In this document: one piece after another, positions 46,621 through 55,688 of the stretch
How positions within the stretch are numbered: position 1 is the stretch's first letter
How the letters are laid out: every line of letters starts with the position of its first letter
From: Candidatus Nomurabacteria bacterium
Lineage (GTDB): Bacteria; Patescibacteriota; Minisyncoccia; Phycocordibacterales; UBA9973
DNA: 56,494 nucleotides
Direction: 5' to 3'
Assembly (NCBI GenBank): GCA_943356675.1
Contig: CALRFQ010000003.1
Span: 1-56,494, forward strand
Notes under the pieces: generated by a model
What the model was told of the DNA's origin: nothing
The model's input: the letters and a program-made list of their open reading frames with translations, nothing else
Database searches by the model: none
Made by a program: the position numbers and the translations under genes

Positions 46621-47109
46621 TCACGCCTCACCCCAAACCCCTCTCCAAATCTTAAAGGATTTAGAGAGGGGCGAAATTCGAAACACTGTGGTTATATAGT
46701 TATGCGTTCTTTAATAGTCTGCAATACCTTGCCTATACTTTTCATGATTTCATCATTTTTTAAACGCAGTACTTTTATTTTGTTAGCTGCTAAAAATTCA
46801 GTTCTCATTTGATCATACTTTTTTCCTTCTTCTTTAAAGTGATAGGCACCGTCGAGTTCAATCGCAAGTTTAAAACGAGGGCAATAGAAATCTAAAACAA
46901 AAGGCCCAATAGGGTGCTGACGCCTGAATTTCTCGCCAAGTTTATTATTTCGGAGTTCTTCCCAGAGTAATTTCTCAACTTCAGTTTCCACTTGCCGTAA
47001 ATAGCGAGCTTTTTCAATTTTTTCATGCTTCAACATTTGCAAGGAATTTTACACTTCTCCCCTCTCCTATTTTCGTAGAAAATGGAGAGGGGCTGGGGGT
47101 GAGGCGTGA
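46621..47109. mobile_element. DUF559 cassette bounded by hairpin inverted repeats
   Basis: TCACGCCTCACCCC-AAA-CCCCTCTCCA (from 46621) versus TGGAGAGGGG-CT-GGGGGTGAGGCGTGA (to 47109); each end has its own CCCCTCTC/GAGAGGGG hairpin. Confidence 0.7.
46692..47042 (-). CDS. DUF559 (Vsr-like PD-(D/E)xK) endonuclease
   Basis: ARYLR...EKLLW, FRRQHPIG, DFYC, IELDGAYH, RTEFL. Confidence 0.9.
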   Translation of the reverse strand: MQMLKHEKIEKARYLRQVETEVEKLLWEELRNNKLGEKFRRQHPIGPFVLDFYCPRFKLAIELDGAYHFKEEGKKYDQMRTEFLAANKIKVLRLKNDEIMKSIGKVLQTIKERITI

Positions 47110-47517
47110 TTAGTATAGTAATGCTAAAACTTTCGGACCGAAGATTATAAGTCCAACTATACCTGCTACTATAGTCATAAGGAGTACTGCGCCAGATGCC
47201 ATGTCTTTCGTATCACGAGCATAAGGATGATAGTCCGGTGAAGTAAGATCAATATCTATCTCAATCGCAGTATTAAATGCTTCAGCTACCACTACAAGCC
47301 CAATAGCGAGCACAATGATAGCCCATTCAACTCCTGAAATATTTAAAGTAAAACCAAGATACACTGCAAAAAATCCGAAAAATATATGCACCCATGCATT
47401 GTGAGTGGTGCGAAGAAGAATACCAATCCCCCGCCATGCGTGGTTTGTACTCCTGATCCTATCAACAACAGAAAACTTTTTCTTATTCTCTTCAAGCTCC
47501 TCCCATGTAAATTTCAT
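47110..47517 (-). CDS. dgkA: Diacylglycerol / undecaprenol kinase (DgkA family), start at MKFTWEE
   Basis: AWRGI, HNAWVH, AEAFNTAIE, KDMASGAV; TATAAT 6 nt before ATG 47517. Confidence 0.85.
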   Translation of the reverse strand: MKFTWEELEENKKKFSVVDRIRSTNHAWRGIGILLRTTHNAWVHIFFGFFAVYLGFTLNISGVEWAIIVLAIGLVVVAEAFNTAIEIDIDLTSPDYHPYARDTKDMASGAVLLMTIVAGIVGLIIFGPKVLALLY

Positions 47518-47534
47518 ATTTTTATTATACCACA

Positions 47535-47567
47535 AATCAAAAAGCACCCAGTGGGTGCTTTTTGATT
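47535..47567. terminator. Terminator after rplB
   Basis: AATCAAAAAGCACCC-AGT-GGGTGCTTTTTGATT. Confidence 0.85.
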
Positions 47568-47572
47568 CAAGA

Positions 47573-48427
47573 TTATTTTGAGTTCTTGTTCTTGCCAACC
47601 TTGCGGCGGGAAACGATGAACATGTTTGAGTACTTCTTTGGTGTGCGAGTCTTCTGGCCTTTTCCAGATGGCTTACCCCACATTGTCTTTGCTCTACGAA
47701 GTCCACGTCCTTGTGCACCTTCACCTCCACCGTATGGGTGGTCTACTGGGTTCATGGCAGATCCACGAACTGTAGGGCGGATACCCTTCCAGCGTGAACG
47801 TCCTGCTTTTCCAAAGTTCTGGAGTTTGTATTCTGAGTTTGAAACTTCACCAATACAAGCATAGCAGTTCTCTGAAACCTTACGAACTTCAGTTGATGGC
47901 ATTTTCACGTTTGTATAGCCATTGTCGTTCGCAACTACTTGACCGAATGATCCAGCAGAGCGAATAAGCTTTGATCCATTACCTGGTTTGATTTCCACGT
48001 TGTACACGAATGTTCCAACTGGGATAACCTTAAGTGGTAGACGATTCGCAGGAGTAAGAGGAGCCTTTGCTGATACGATGAATGAATCTCCGACTTTCAC
48101 AGTCTTTGGAATCACTACGTAACGCTTCTCACCATCTTTGTAAACTGCAAGACCGATGAATGCACTGCGGTTTGGATCGTACTCAATAGATGTGATCTTT
48201 GCTGGGATATCTATCTTATTGTACATAAAGTCCACATCGCGGTATGAACGCTTGTGTCCTCCACCTTTGTGGCGAACAGTAATACGTCCTTGGCTATTGC
48301 GTCCTACATCACGCTTGAAGCCGTGTGTGAGAGCCTTTAAAGGCTTAGCACCGGCAGTTAGCACTCCACGGTATGTAACTGTAGTTTGGTGACGCTTTGA
48401 GGGAGTTGTTGGTTTGTATGTTTTCAT
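47573..48427 (-). CDS. rplB: 50S ribosomal protein uL2
   Basis: GRNSQGRIT, YDPNRSA, GKAGR, VRGSAMNPVDHPYGGGEG. Confidence 0.98.
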   Translation of the reverse strand: MKTYKPTTPSKRHQTTVTYRGVLTAGAKPLKALTHGFKRDVGRNSQGRITVRHKGGGHKRSYRDVDFMYNKIDIPAKITSIEYDPNRSAFIGLAVYKDGEKRYVVIPKTVKVGDSFIVSAKAPLTPANRLPLKVIPVGTFVYNVEIKPGNGSKLIRSAGSFGQVVANDNGYTNVKMPSTEVRKVSENCYACIGEVSNSEYKLQNFGKAGRSRWKGIRPTVRGSAMNPVDHPYGGGEGAQGRGLRRAKTMWGKPSGKGQKTRTPKKYSNMFIVSRRKVGKNKNSK

Positions 48428-48439
48428 ATATTAATTCTT

Positions 48440-48772
48440 TTAAGCGAACTCAATCTTATCGCCCTTTTTTAAATATACGACCGCTTTCTTTCCTCCAGCT
48501 TTTGTGCCAACTTTTCCGCGAATCAATTTTACTTTCTTCATACGCTTTGTGATAGCAACTTTTATAGGAGTAACGCCGTAGATAATCTTGATAGCTTTTG
48601 CGACTTCAATCTTATTTACATTGTTTGGAATGTTGAAAGTATATGCGCCTACCATAGAACCCTTTGCAGACTTCTCAGTCACGCGTAGGCCTAAGATACG
48701 AGCATCAGTCTTTGCACCACCCTTCTTTTCCTCCTTTACTTCAGTATTCTTTTGTATTTTCTTTGTGGCCAT
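48440..48772 (-). CDS. rplW: 50S ribosomal protein uL23
   Basis: TEKS, YTF, KIEVAKA, KKAVVYL; position in the S10 cluster. Confidence 0.92.
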   Translation of the reverse strand: MATKKIQKNTEVKEEKKGGAKTDARILGLRVTEKSAKGSMVGAYTFNIPNNVNKIEVAKAIKIIYGVTPIKVAITKRMKKVKLIRGKVGTKAGGKKAVVYLKKGDKIEFA

Positions 48773-48775
48773 ATA

Positions 48776-49459
48776 TTATTTCTTAGCTACTTTCTTCTCG
48801 AGCTTACCACCTAGGAATGCAAAACTTTCCTTTGGCTGTGCCATGATAATAAAGCGGTATGCTAGTAAATCAACTGGGTTCATATTACGAACTTCGTCTA
48901 CTTCGATTGATTTGATGTTTGCAAAACTCTTCTTGATATTCTCACTCTTAGCTGGGACTGTGAGGTATATACCCTTCTTGTTCTTTGCAGCACCCATCTT
49001 TTCAAAACCTTTGATAGATTTAAAATTATTTAAAACTTCTACTCCATCTTTAGTTTTGATTTTTGACATTACGATTTCATCTACGAACAAGATTTGACCC
49101 TTGCGAGCTTTCTCAGAAAGTACAGTAAACAGTGCTTTAGCAGCCATCTTCTTGTTTATTTTCTGTTCGTAAGATTTATCATTACGAGGACCATGAGTGA
49201 TACCTCCGCCACGCCATATTGGTGAGCGTTGTGAACCGTGACGAGCGCGTCCTGTACCCTTCTGCTTCCATGGCTTCTTTCCAGTACCTGAAACTTCTCC
49301 GCGGAATTTTGTATGGGCGATCGGTGTACGAGCATTTGCTTGCATAGCTGTCACCACTTGGTGCACTAAGTCAGCATTCCAAGATAGTCCGAAGATTGCT
49401 TCTGGGAGCGCTAAGCTACCGACTGCTTTTCCTTTTTGATTGTATACTTGTGTTTCCAT
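48776..49459 (-). CDS. rplD: 50S ribosomal protein uL4
   Basis: KPWKQKGTGRARHG, GGGITHGP, KINKKM. Confidence 0.97.
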   Translation of the reverse strand: METQVYNQKGKAVGSLALPEAIFGLSWNADLVHQVVTAMQANARTPIAHTKFRGEVSGTGKKPWKQKGTGRARHGSQRSPIWRGGGITHGPRNDKSYEQKINKKMAAKALFTVLSEKARKGQILFVDEIVMSKIKTKDGVEVLNNFKSIKGFEKMGAAKNKKGIYLTVPAKSENIKKSFANIKSIEVDEVRNMNPVDLLAYRFIIMAQPKESFAFLGGKLEKKVAKK

Positions 49460-49465
49460 AAAATA

Positions 49466-50068
49466 TTATCCTGTGATCTCGACGAGTGTTCCGCGTCGGC
49501 CTGGAATAGCGCCCTTAATGAGTAATTGATTGTTCGCTGTATCGACACCAACAATTTTCAAATTTTTGATTGTAATTCTGTCTCCACCTGTGCGTCCTCC
49601 CATGCGCATTCCTTTTGGAACACGATTGCGGAGTCCTCCACCGATTGATCCTGGCTCGCGCTCAGAGTGCTTCTGACCGTGAGTACGTGGACCTCCGTGG
49701 AATCCATGACGCTTAACTACACCTTGGAAACCTTTTGATTTTGAAATACCAGATACTGTAACAACATCGCCTTTTGCGAAAGAGTCCACAGTAATAGTAT
49801 CGCCGAGAACTGGAGTTGTTCCAGTATCGCGGAATTCGTACAAGTGCTTATATGCACCAGTTTTAACGTGACCCAAATGAGCTTTCGTTGCACGACTTGT
49901 TTTCTGTTCTTCGAATCCGACTTGTAGAGCTGTGTAGCCATCAGCACCTCCCTCTTTCACTTGTGTGACTATGTTTGGAGTGGCAGTGATAAGCGTAACA
50001 GGAACTACTGTACCGTCTTCGTCGAAGTACTGCACCATATTCTGTTTTTTGCCTAAAATGAATTTCAT
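49466..50068 (-). CDS. rplC: 50S ribosomal protein uL3
   Basis: GKK, PVT, SKGFQGVVKRHG, PGSIG, GAIPG. Confidence 0.97.
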   Translation of the reverse strand: MKFILGKKQNMVQYFDEDGTVVPVTLITATPNIVTQVKEGGADGYTALQVGFEEQKTSRATKAHLGHVKTGAYKHLYEFRDTGTTPVLGDTITVDSFAKGDVVTVSGISKSKGFQGVVKRHGFHGGPRTHGQKHSEREPGSIGGGLRNRVPKGMRMGGRTGGDRITIKNLKIVGVDTANNQLLIKGAIPGRRGTLVEITG

Positions 50069-50079
50069 AAATTTTGGTA

Positions 50080-50439
50080 TTACATCATCTTCACATCAAT
50101 ATCAACTCCAGAAGGAAGTGATAGGTTTGTGAGTGCTTCAATAGTTTTCTGATTTGGATTCAAGATATCAATCACACGCTTATGTACGCGTATCTCAAAT
50201 TGTTCACGCGCATTTTTAAATACGAATGACGCACGGTTTACTGTATACTTCTTGATTTCTGTAGGAAGTGGAATTGGTCCGACAAGAGTCGCATCGTAGC
50301 GTAGTGCTGTATCGATAATCTGCTTAACGGAAGCGTCAAGGATCTTATTCTCATACGCACGCACACGAATACGAAGGCGAACTACGCCATCTTCTTTTGT
50401 CTTCTTTATTTTTATCTTTGTCTTTGCTGCTGTTGCCAT
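50080..50439 (-). CDS. rpsJ: 30S ribosomal protein uS10 with Lys-rich N-extension
   Basis: GPIPLPT, REQFE, HKRVIDI, LPSGVD. Confidence 0.97.
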   Translation of the reverse strand: MATAAKTKIKIKKTKEDGVVRLRIRVRAYENKILDASVKQIIDTALRYDATLVGPIPLPTEIKKYTVNRASFVFKNAREQFEIRVHKRVIDILNPNQKTIEALTNLSLPSGVDIDVKMM

Positions 50440-50440
50440 A

Positions 50441-50512
50441 AAGGTTAGGTTCTAGGTTCTAGTAAACTAGTTTCTAGTATTTCTACCAGAAACTAATCAC
50501 TAGCTACTAGCA
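50441..50512. repeat. Degenerate heptamer (CTAG-core) tandem array between tuf and rpsJ
   Basis: AGGTTCT AGGTTCT AGTAAACT AGTTTCT ... AATCACT AGCTACT AGC. Confidence 0.55.
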
Positions 50513-50515
50513 ATA

Positions 50516-51715
50516 TTATTTGATGATTTTGGTCACAACTCCTGCGCCGACAGTCTTGCCACCTTCACGAATAGCGAAGTGCATTTGCTCTTCAAGTGCT
50601 ACTGGAGTAACGAGCTTTACAGATAGTTTAACTGTGTCTCCTGGCATAACCATTTCTACTCCTGCTGGTAGTGCAGCTTCACCTGTAACGTCTGTAGTAC
50701 GGATGTAGAATTGTGGCTTGTAACCAGTGAAGAATGGAGTGTGACGTCCTCCTTCTTCCTTCTTTAGAACATAAACTTCACAATCAAATTCTGAGTGAGG
50801 AGTAACTGTTCCTGATTTTGCAAGAACCTGACCACGAGTAAGATCTTCTTTCTTAACACCGCGGAGCAATATACCAGCGTTGTCGCCAGCCATACCCTCT
50901 TTCAAGTTTTTGTTGAACATTTCGATACCAGTAACTGTAGTCTTTACAGTGTCCTTAATACCAACGATTTCGATTTCTTCACCAACCTTCACGATACCGC
51001 GTTCAATTTTACCTGTAACAACAGTTCCGCGACCTTCGATTGAGAATATATCTTCAATAGGCATAAGGAATGGCTTTGTAATATCACGCTCTGGGACTGG
51101 GATATATGTATCAATAGCATTTGCAAGATCAAGGATCTTTGCTGCCCATGTATCTGTGTTATCTCCTGACTCAAGAGCCTTTAGAGCAGAACCACGGATA
51201 ACTGGAGTATTTGCGCCATCATAACCGTTCTTAGTTAGAAGCTCACGTAGCTCTTCCTCAACTAGGTCTAGCATGTCAGCGTCATCCACCATGTCGCATT
51301 TGTTTAGGAATACTACGAACTTTGGCACACCAACTTGCTTAGCAAGAAGAACGTGCTCACGTGTTTGTGGCATTGCACCATCTGTAGCTGCAACAACAAG
51401 AATAGCACCGTCCATTTGGGCAGCACCTGTGATCATGTTCTTAATGTAGTCCGCGTGTCCTGGCGCATCGATGTGAGCGTAGTGACGAGTAGGAGTTTCG
51501 TACTCATTGTGAGAAAGCGCGATAGTAATACCACGAGCTTTTTCTTCTGGAGCAGAGTCAATATCATTAACACCTTTTAATTTTGCACTATAGCCTCCTC
51601 CTTGACGTCCAAGGACTGCTAGAATAGCGGCTGTTAATGTTGTTTTTCCGTGGTCAACGTGGCCAATAGTACCAACGTTAACGTGGGGCTTGGAGCGATT
51701 AAATTCTTCTGCCAT
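50516..51715 (-). CDS. tuf: Elongation factor Tu
   Basis: [37 protein letters not shown]. Confidence 0.99.
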   Translation of the reverse strand: MAEEFNRSKPHVNVGTIGHVDHGKTTLTAAILAVLGRQGGGYSAKLKGVNDIDSAPEEKARGITIALSHNEYETPTRHYAHIDAPGHADYIKNMITGAAQMDGAILVVAATDGAMPQTREHVLLAKQVGVPKFVVFLNKCDMVDDADMLDLVEEELRELLTKNGYDGANTPVIRGSALKALESGDNTDTWAAKILDLANAIDTYIPVPERDITKPFLMPIEDIFSIEGRGTVVTGKIERGIVKVGEEIEIVGIKDTVKTTVTGIEMFNKNLKEGMAGDNAGILLRGVKKEDLTRGQVLAKSGTVTPHSEFDCEVYVLKKEEGGRHTPFFTGYKPQFYIRTTDVTGEAALPAGVEMVMPGDTVKLSVKLVTPVALEEQMHFAIREGGKTVGAGVVTKIIK

Positions 51716-51817
51716 ATACGTTTATTGGTTAATAATGAGAACTAGAAGACTAAGCTATCCAATTGCAAATTACTAACATAAATTAAATAATAAAAAGCGC
51801 AGTTATGCGATTACCAT

Positions 51818-51845
51818 ATACTAGCAGATATAGGATAAAAGTCAA
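51818..51845 (-). promoter_or_regulatory. Promoter of tuf-S10 unit, TTGACT-N16-TAGTAT (TG extended)
   Basis: Near-consensus hexamers about 100 nt upstream of tuf. Confidence 0.65.
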
Positions 51846-51853
51846 ATATGAGC

Positions 51854-52855
51854 CTAGAAAACTTTGGGTATAAACATATATGGAGTCTTTTTCATGTATT
51901 CTATGTAATCAGGGTCTGCCATTAGGTGGCGCTCCTCGGTCATAGCTCTCAAATAGTATATGGAGCTCCAGACAGATAAGCTCAGAACGGATAAGATTGG
52001 TGATACTAAAATAAACGGTATGCCCATCACCCACCAGCTCAGGTTCTTCGATATATATGCAGGATGGCGCACATACTTATAGGGTCCTTTTGATATTATC
52101 CCGCGATTTGTGAGGTTTGAAGATTTCCATCCGAGAGCAACCGTCGCCCATACATATATACCAAATAGTATTAGTGACACAGCGCCAAAAAATAATGTGA
52201 CATTTATATCTCCGAAGCTATTGAAGTCTTGTGTATGCCAGCCGAAAATACTACCGCTCATATTATTAAACGGTGGGTAGCAGATAAGTGCTACTATCCA
52301 GCCAAGCATTGTAGGCTCGACGGATTTCACAATATTTCCTAATTTTTTTGATTCTACTAAATAACCGAATGTAAATATAATAGTATCTATAAAGAGGATT
52401 AGTGAAAATAACGCTCTATAGTAGAAGTTGTAAATATTATATTTTGTGAAAGATAAATCCTTTGTCGTCGCAAAATTATACAAAGCGTTTGTATTGTCGA
52501 GAAGGAATCCGATCATAAGAGGAGTAAAGAAGATTTTTACAAGGTAGAGCAAGAGTGAGACCTTTTCCTCAGTTGTAATACCACTCTCCCCTTTTAATTT
52601 CGCCAGAATGACAAAATTAAATATCTTTTTCAAACCTGTGTATGTAGTGACCACTCTTTCCTTGCCAGTAATTTCATTTTTATAAATAAATAAATATATA
52701 CAATATATAACTATTAATAAAAAAATAATGGGTAGCGGCGAAAGCGCACCAAAAGTACCATAAGTATTTTTAAAATAAGCTACTTTTGAAAGTATAAATA
52801 CTGGAATACTGTATATAAGGAAGGTGAGTCCAATAAATTTATTTTTGATATTCAT
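51854..52855 (-). CDS. ICMT/PEMT-family membrane methyltransferase
   Basis: C-terminal GIISKGPYKYVRHPAY and RAMTEERHL...Y motifs; multi-TM. Confidence 0.82.
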   Translation of the reverse strand: MNIKNKFIGLTFLIYSIPVFILSKVAYFKNTYGTFGALSPLPIIFLLIVIYCIYLFIYKNEITGKERVVTTYTGLKKIFNFVILAKLKGESGITTEEKVSLLLYLVKIFFTPLMIGFLLDNTNALYNFATTKDLSFTKYNIYNFYYRALFSLILFIDTIIFTFGYLVESKKLGNIVKSVEPTMLGWIVALICYPPFNNMSGSIFGWHTQDFNSFGDINVTLFFGAVSLILFGIYVWATVALGWKSSNLTNRGIISKGPYKYVRHPAYISKNLSWWVMGIPFILVSPILSVLSLSVWSSIYYLRAMTEERHLMADPDYIEYMKKTPYMFIPKVF

Positions 52856-52896
52856 AAGAAGAAACAGTATAACATAACCTGCTAATGATATTAAAT

Positions 52897-54204
52897 CTAT
52901 TTGCCACTTATTTCCCGATCTACCTCCTCTAAGGCTTTGTCTACAGCTTCGCCTTTTGTATTACTAAATAAATGGGCTATCAATTTCAATCGTCTTAGAA
53001 CATGGTGGCCCCATAGGTAATGAGTGAGGTAAAGAATAATCAAAAGTAGAAGTATGAGTAATAGTATAATGGTTGAATTATTCATTATCCAATTTGTAAA
53101 TCTACCTGGGACTTTAATGTTAATCTGGCTATCCACACTATTACCAGCATAGTCATACGCACGCACGATCACAGTAGAACCAGAATTTGAAACTGGTGGC
53201 ACCTCATAAGGACTTTCAGTTCTTACAAAGATTGGTGAAGAAGTGAGTGACTGAGATTTATCTATCACACCAATCTCATAATGGTCTACTCCAGAAAGAG
53301 CATCTGTCGTGAAAAATGTAACGAGTGCACGATTCAAATTATCATTAACAATATAACTAACCTTTGATTTAAACTTCGCTGGAGGGTTCGTATCTATACG
53401 GAGTAAGTAATGGGTAGTACCTCCCCATGATCCCCCGTCTTTGAGTGCTTTCACATGGAAATACATTAGACCGTCTTTCAAATCTTGATATGATTTAGTC
53501 GGATCAATGCTTAAATTTTTATTATCTGGTATTGTATTTGGCTTATCATCGAGCACATAAGAGAAACCAATAACTCCAGGATCCTTATTCCAAGCAAGTA
53601 CTGGAGAATTATTGTTGTACCAATGATCTTGGAAGGGATGCGTATCAGAATATATAGTGAGTCCTCCTGGTGGCTTAGGTAATATAGTATAAGTACCTCG
53701 ATTAAATGAAAGTATTGTCGGTGTGCCCACACCATCATTCGCAAATACAGAAGAAGTATCTAGAACTTGCACGAGTGCAGTGCCCACAGCCTTCGCTTGG
53801 AAAGTAATAGCTAAGATCAAGCTTGAGTCGGAGACTATCCCCCCAGGGATGCTTCCAGCTACACTTGCAGTACCTTTAGTGTTGTCATATGTAGGTGGCT
53901 GGATCCAAAGACCGATGACGGATTTACCAGTAGATGGCTTTACTATTGAAAGCTTACTAGGGTCAAATTTTATATTTAACTCAATTGTATTTATGCTCCT
54001 ACCTTTTGTATTGATTAATATTGGCACTTCAAATATTGAGCCTTCGGTATATGTAGCTTGTTGTGGAGTGATCGATATCTCGCTTCGGGCAGCCAAACTC
54101 ACAGCATCAAGATTCACAACCTCATTTGCATATGAAAAATTTACTAGCGAGAAGCTAAATATTATAAAGAGGCATGTAATGTAAGTGTATATTTTTTTAC
54201 ACAT
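52897..54204 (-). CDS. Cohesin-like-domain surface protein with C-terminal TM
   Basis: Signal peptide, IELNIKFDP...LW...GSIPGG...ITFQAK...ANDGVGT, DTNPP, C-terminal TM. Confidence 0.75.
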   Translation of the reverse strand: MCKKIYTYITCLFIIFSFSLVNFSYANEVVNLDAVSLAARSEISITPQQATYTEGSIFEVPILINTKGRSINTIELNIKFDPSKLSIVKPSTGKSVIGLWIQPPTYDNTKGTASVAGSIPGGIVSDSSLILAITFQAKAVGTALVQVLDTSSVFANDGVGTPTILSFNRGTYTILPKPPGGLTIYSDTHPFQDHWYNNNSPVLAWNKDPGVIGFSYVLDDKPNTIPDNKNLSIDPTKSYQDLKDGLMYFHVKALKDGGSWGGTTHYLLRIDTNPPAKFKSKVSYIVNDNLNRALVTFFTTDALSGVDHYEIGVIDKSQSLTSSPIFVRTESPYEVPPVSNSGSTVIVRAYDYAGNSVDSQINIKVPGRFTNWIMNNSTIILLLILLLLIILYLTHYLWGHHVLRRLKLIAHLFSNTKGEAVDKALEEVDREISGK

Positions 54205-54205
54205 T

Positions 54206-55681
54206 TTAAATTATTTTATTTGAATCCTTTATATCTTCATCGATAGTTCTCTCTGCAGATTCAATATCCTTCTTAAATTGATTTACAAAGCTCTTCTCAT
54301 CTTCACTAAGTGACTGCATCCCCCTCGCCTTCTTCAAAATTTTAGCTTCCTCATCTAGGTCTTCTTCAAGAATACTGAAGCTCTTGTCCACTAGTGCTTT
54401 AGTTTGCATCAGTCTTTTCTTCATATTTACCTTATAGTGAAGTATTTTATACCAGCCAAATATTGTAATAAGAATAAGTAGTATTAGTAATGCTACCGCA
54501 GGGATAATGAGTGAAAATGTATTTACAATACTACCCACAATATTCATTTTATTTGGACCCACAGATATTTTAATTGGAGTAGAAGCGTCACTATCTACAC
54601 CTCCACTGGTTCTAGCAGAAGCGTCGAGTGTATATATACCTGCAAGCACCTTTGAGCTCGATACATATGTAAATAAACCTTTTTCATTAGATTTGATTGT
54701 CTCAGATTCATGTTTAGTATCACCATTCTTAGAAATAAAATCAGAATTTATAATTATGAATGTAGATGGGTCAGCTACACCCTTCGCTACTATATAGCCT
54801 CCTTCAACAACATTTGAAGAATAGTCAGTAAAATTTGGTGTAAGTATCCCGATATTTGAGAATGTTAAACTCTTTGAAATCACTTCACTATTTGTATTTT
54901 CTACATAAACTTTAATTGAGTGTATTCCTTTACTTAAAGATATTGTTTCAAAAATATGATTACCAGAATCATTCCATACATATGGAGTGTTATCAATCTC
55001 TATTTTATAGGGGGCACCTGGCTTTTTGTCTGTGCTAGTTATAAGGAAGCGAGATCTTGGATCCATCTCATCTTTCTTTTTAATTTCTTCTAAGGATAAT
55101 GTTGAGGCCACTTTTTCAGGCGAAGTGACTGTATTATTTACTTTCGTTTCCACAGGCACTATTCCTTTTAATTCAGAAATTTCAAATCTAGCTTCACCTG
55201 TTGAGCTAAGTATCTGTGTGCCTTGGCCGTCATTTGCGAGCACTGATGCATTACTAAATGATATAGTAGCATTACCTGCTGATTTGGCTTTAAAATAAAG
55301 AGTAAGTATAGTGCCTCCAGAACCTTTATATCCAGTAAGAACTACTCCTTCGAAGTTTGCAGTTCCAGTCTGGTTTGAATACGATGGTTCTACCGGCCAA
55401 AGGCTAATAATAGAATCAGATTTTGATACTGAATTTAAAGTTAAAAGATTACTGCTAAAGGATACTACTCCGGAGACAGCATTTGAGGATTGGTCAGAGC
55501 TTGAAAGCACAACTTTGATTTTAATATTATCACCTACGTTTACAGACCCGAATGTAGGCACTACATCAAGCTTCGCTGCTTCAGCATTAGGAGCAAAAAG
55601 AGCAAATATAAATATAATTGCTAAAAATAAATTACAGATTTTTTTAATAGGAAATTTATTTAAAACCAAGACTCTAGGCAT
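54206..55681 (-). CDS. Cohesin-like-domain surface protein with Ig-like domains and C-terminal TM
   Basis: NAVSGVVSFS...SLWPVEP...LANDGQGT, TM near the C-terminus, coiled tail. Confidence 0.75.
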   Translation of the reverse strand: MPRVLVLNKFPIKKICNLFLAIIFIFALFAPNAEAAKLDVVPTFGSVNVGDNIKIKVVLSSSDQSSNAVSGVVSFSSNLLTLNSVSKSDSIISLWPVEPSYSNQTGTANFEGVVLTGYKGSGGTILTLYFKAKSAGNATISFSNASVLANDGQGTQILSSTGEARFEISELKGIVPVETKVNNTVTSPEKVASTLSLEEIKKKDEMDPRSRFLITSTDKKPGAPYKIEIDNTPYVWNDSGNHIFETISLSKGIHSIKVYVENTNSEVISKSLTFSNIGILTPNFTDYSSNVVEGGYIVAKGVADPSTFIIINSDFISKNGDTKHESETIKSNEKGLFTYVSSSKVLAGIYTLDASARTSGGVDSDASTPIKISVGPNKMNIVGSIVNTFSLIIPAVALLILLILITIFGWYKILHYKVNMKKRLMQTKALVDKSFSILEEDLDEEAKILKKARGMQSLSEDEKSFVNQFKKDIESAERTIDEDIKDSNKII

Positions 55682-55688
55682 GAATATA

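Noticed and set aside
47518-47730. Long N-terminal extension of dgkA in the ORF track
   Set aside because: It overlaps rplB and crosses a terminator; a -10 box supports the ATG at 47517.
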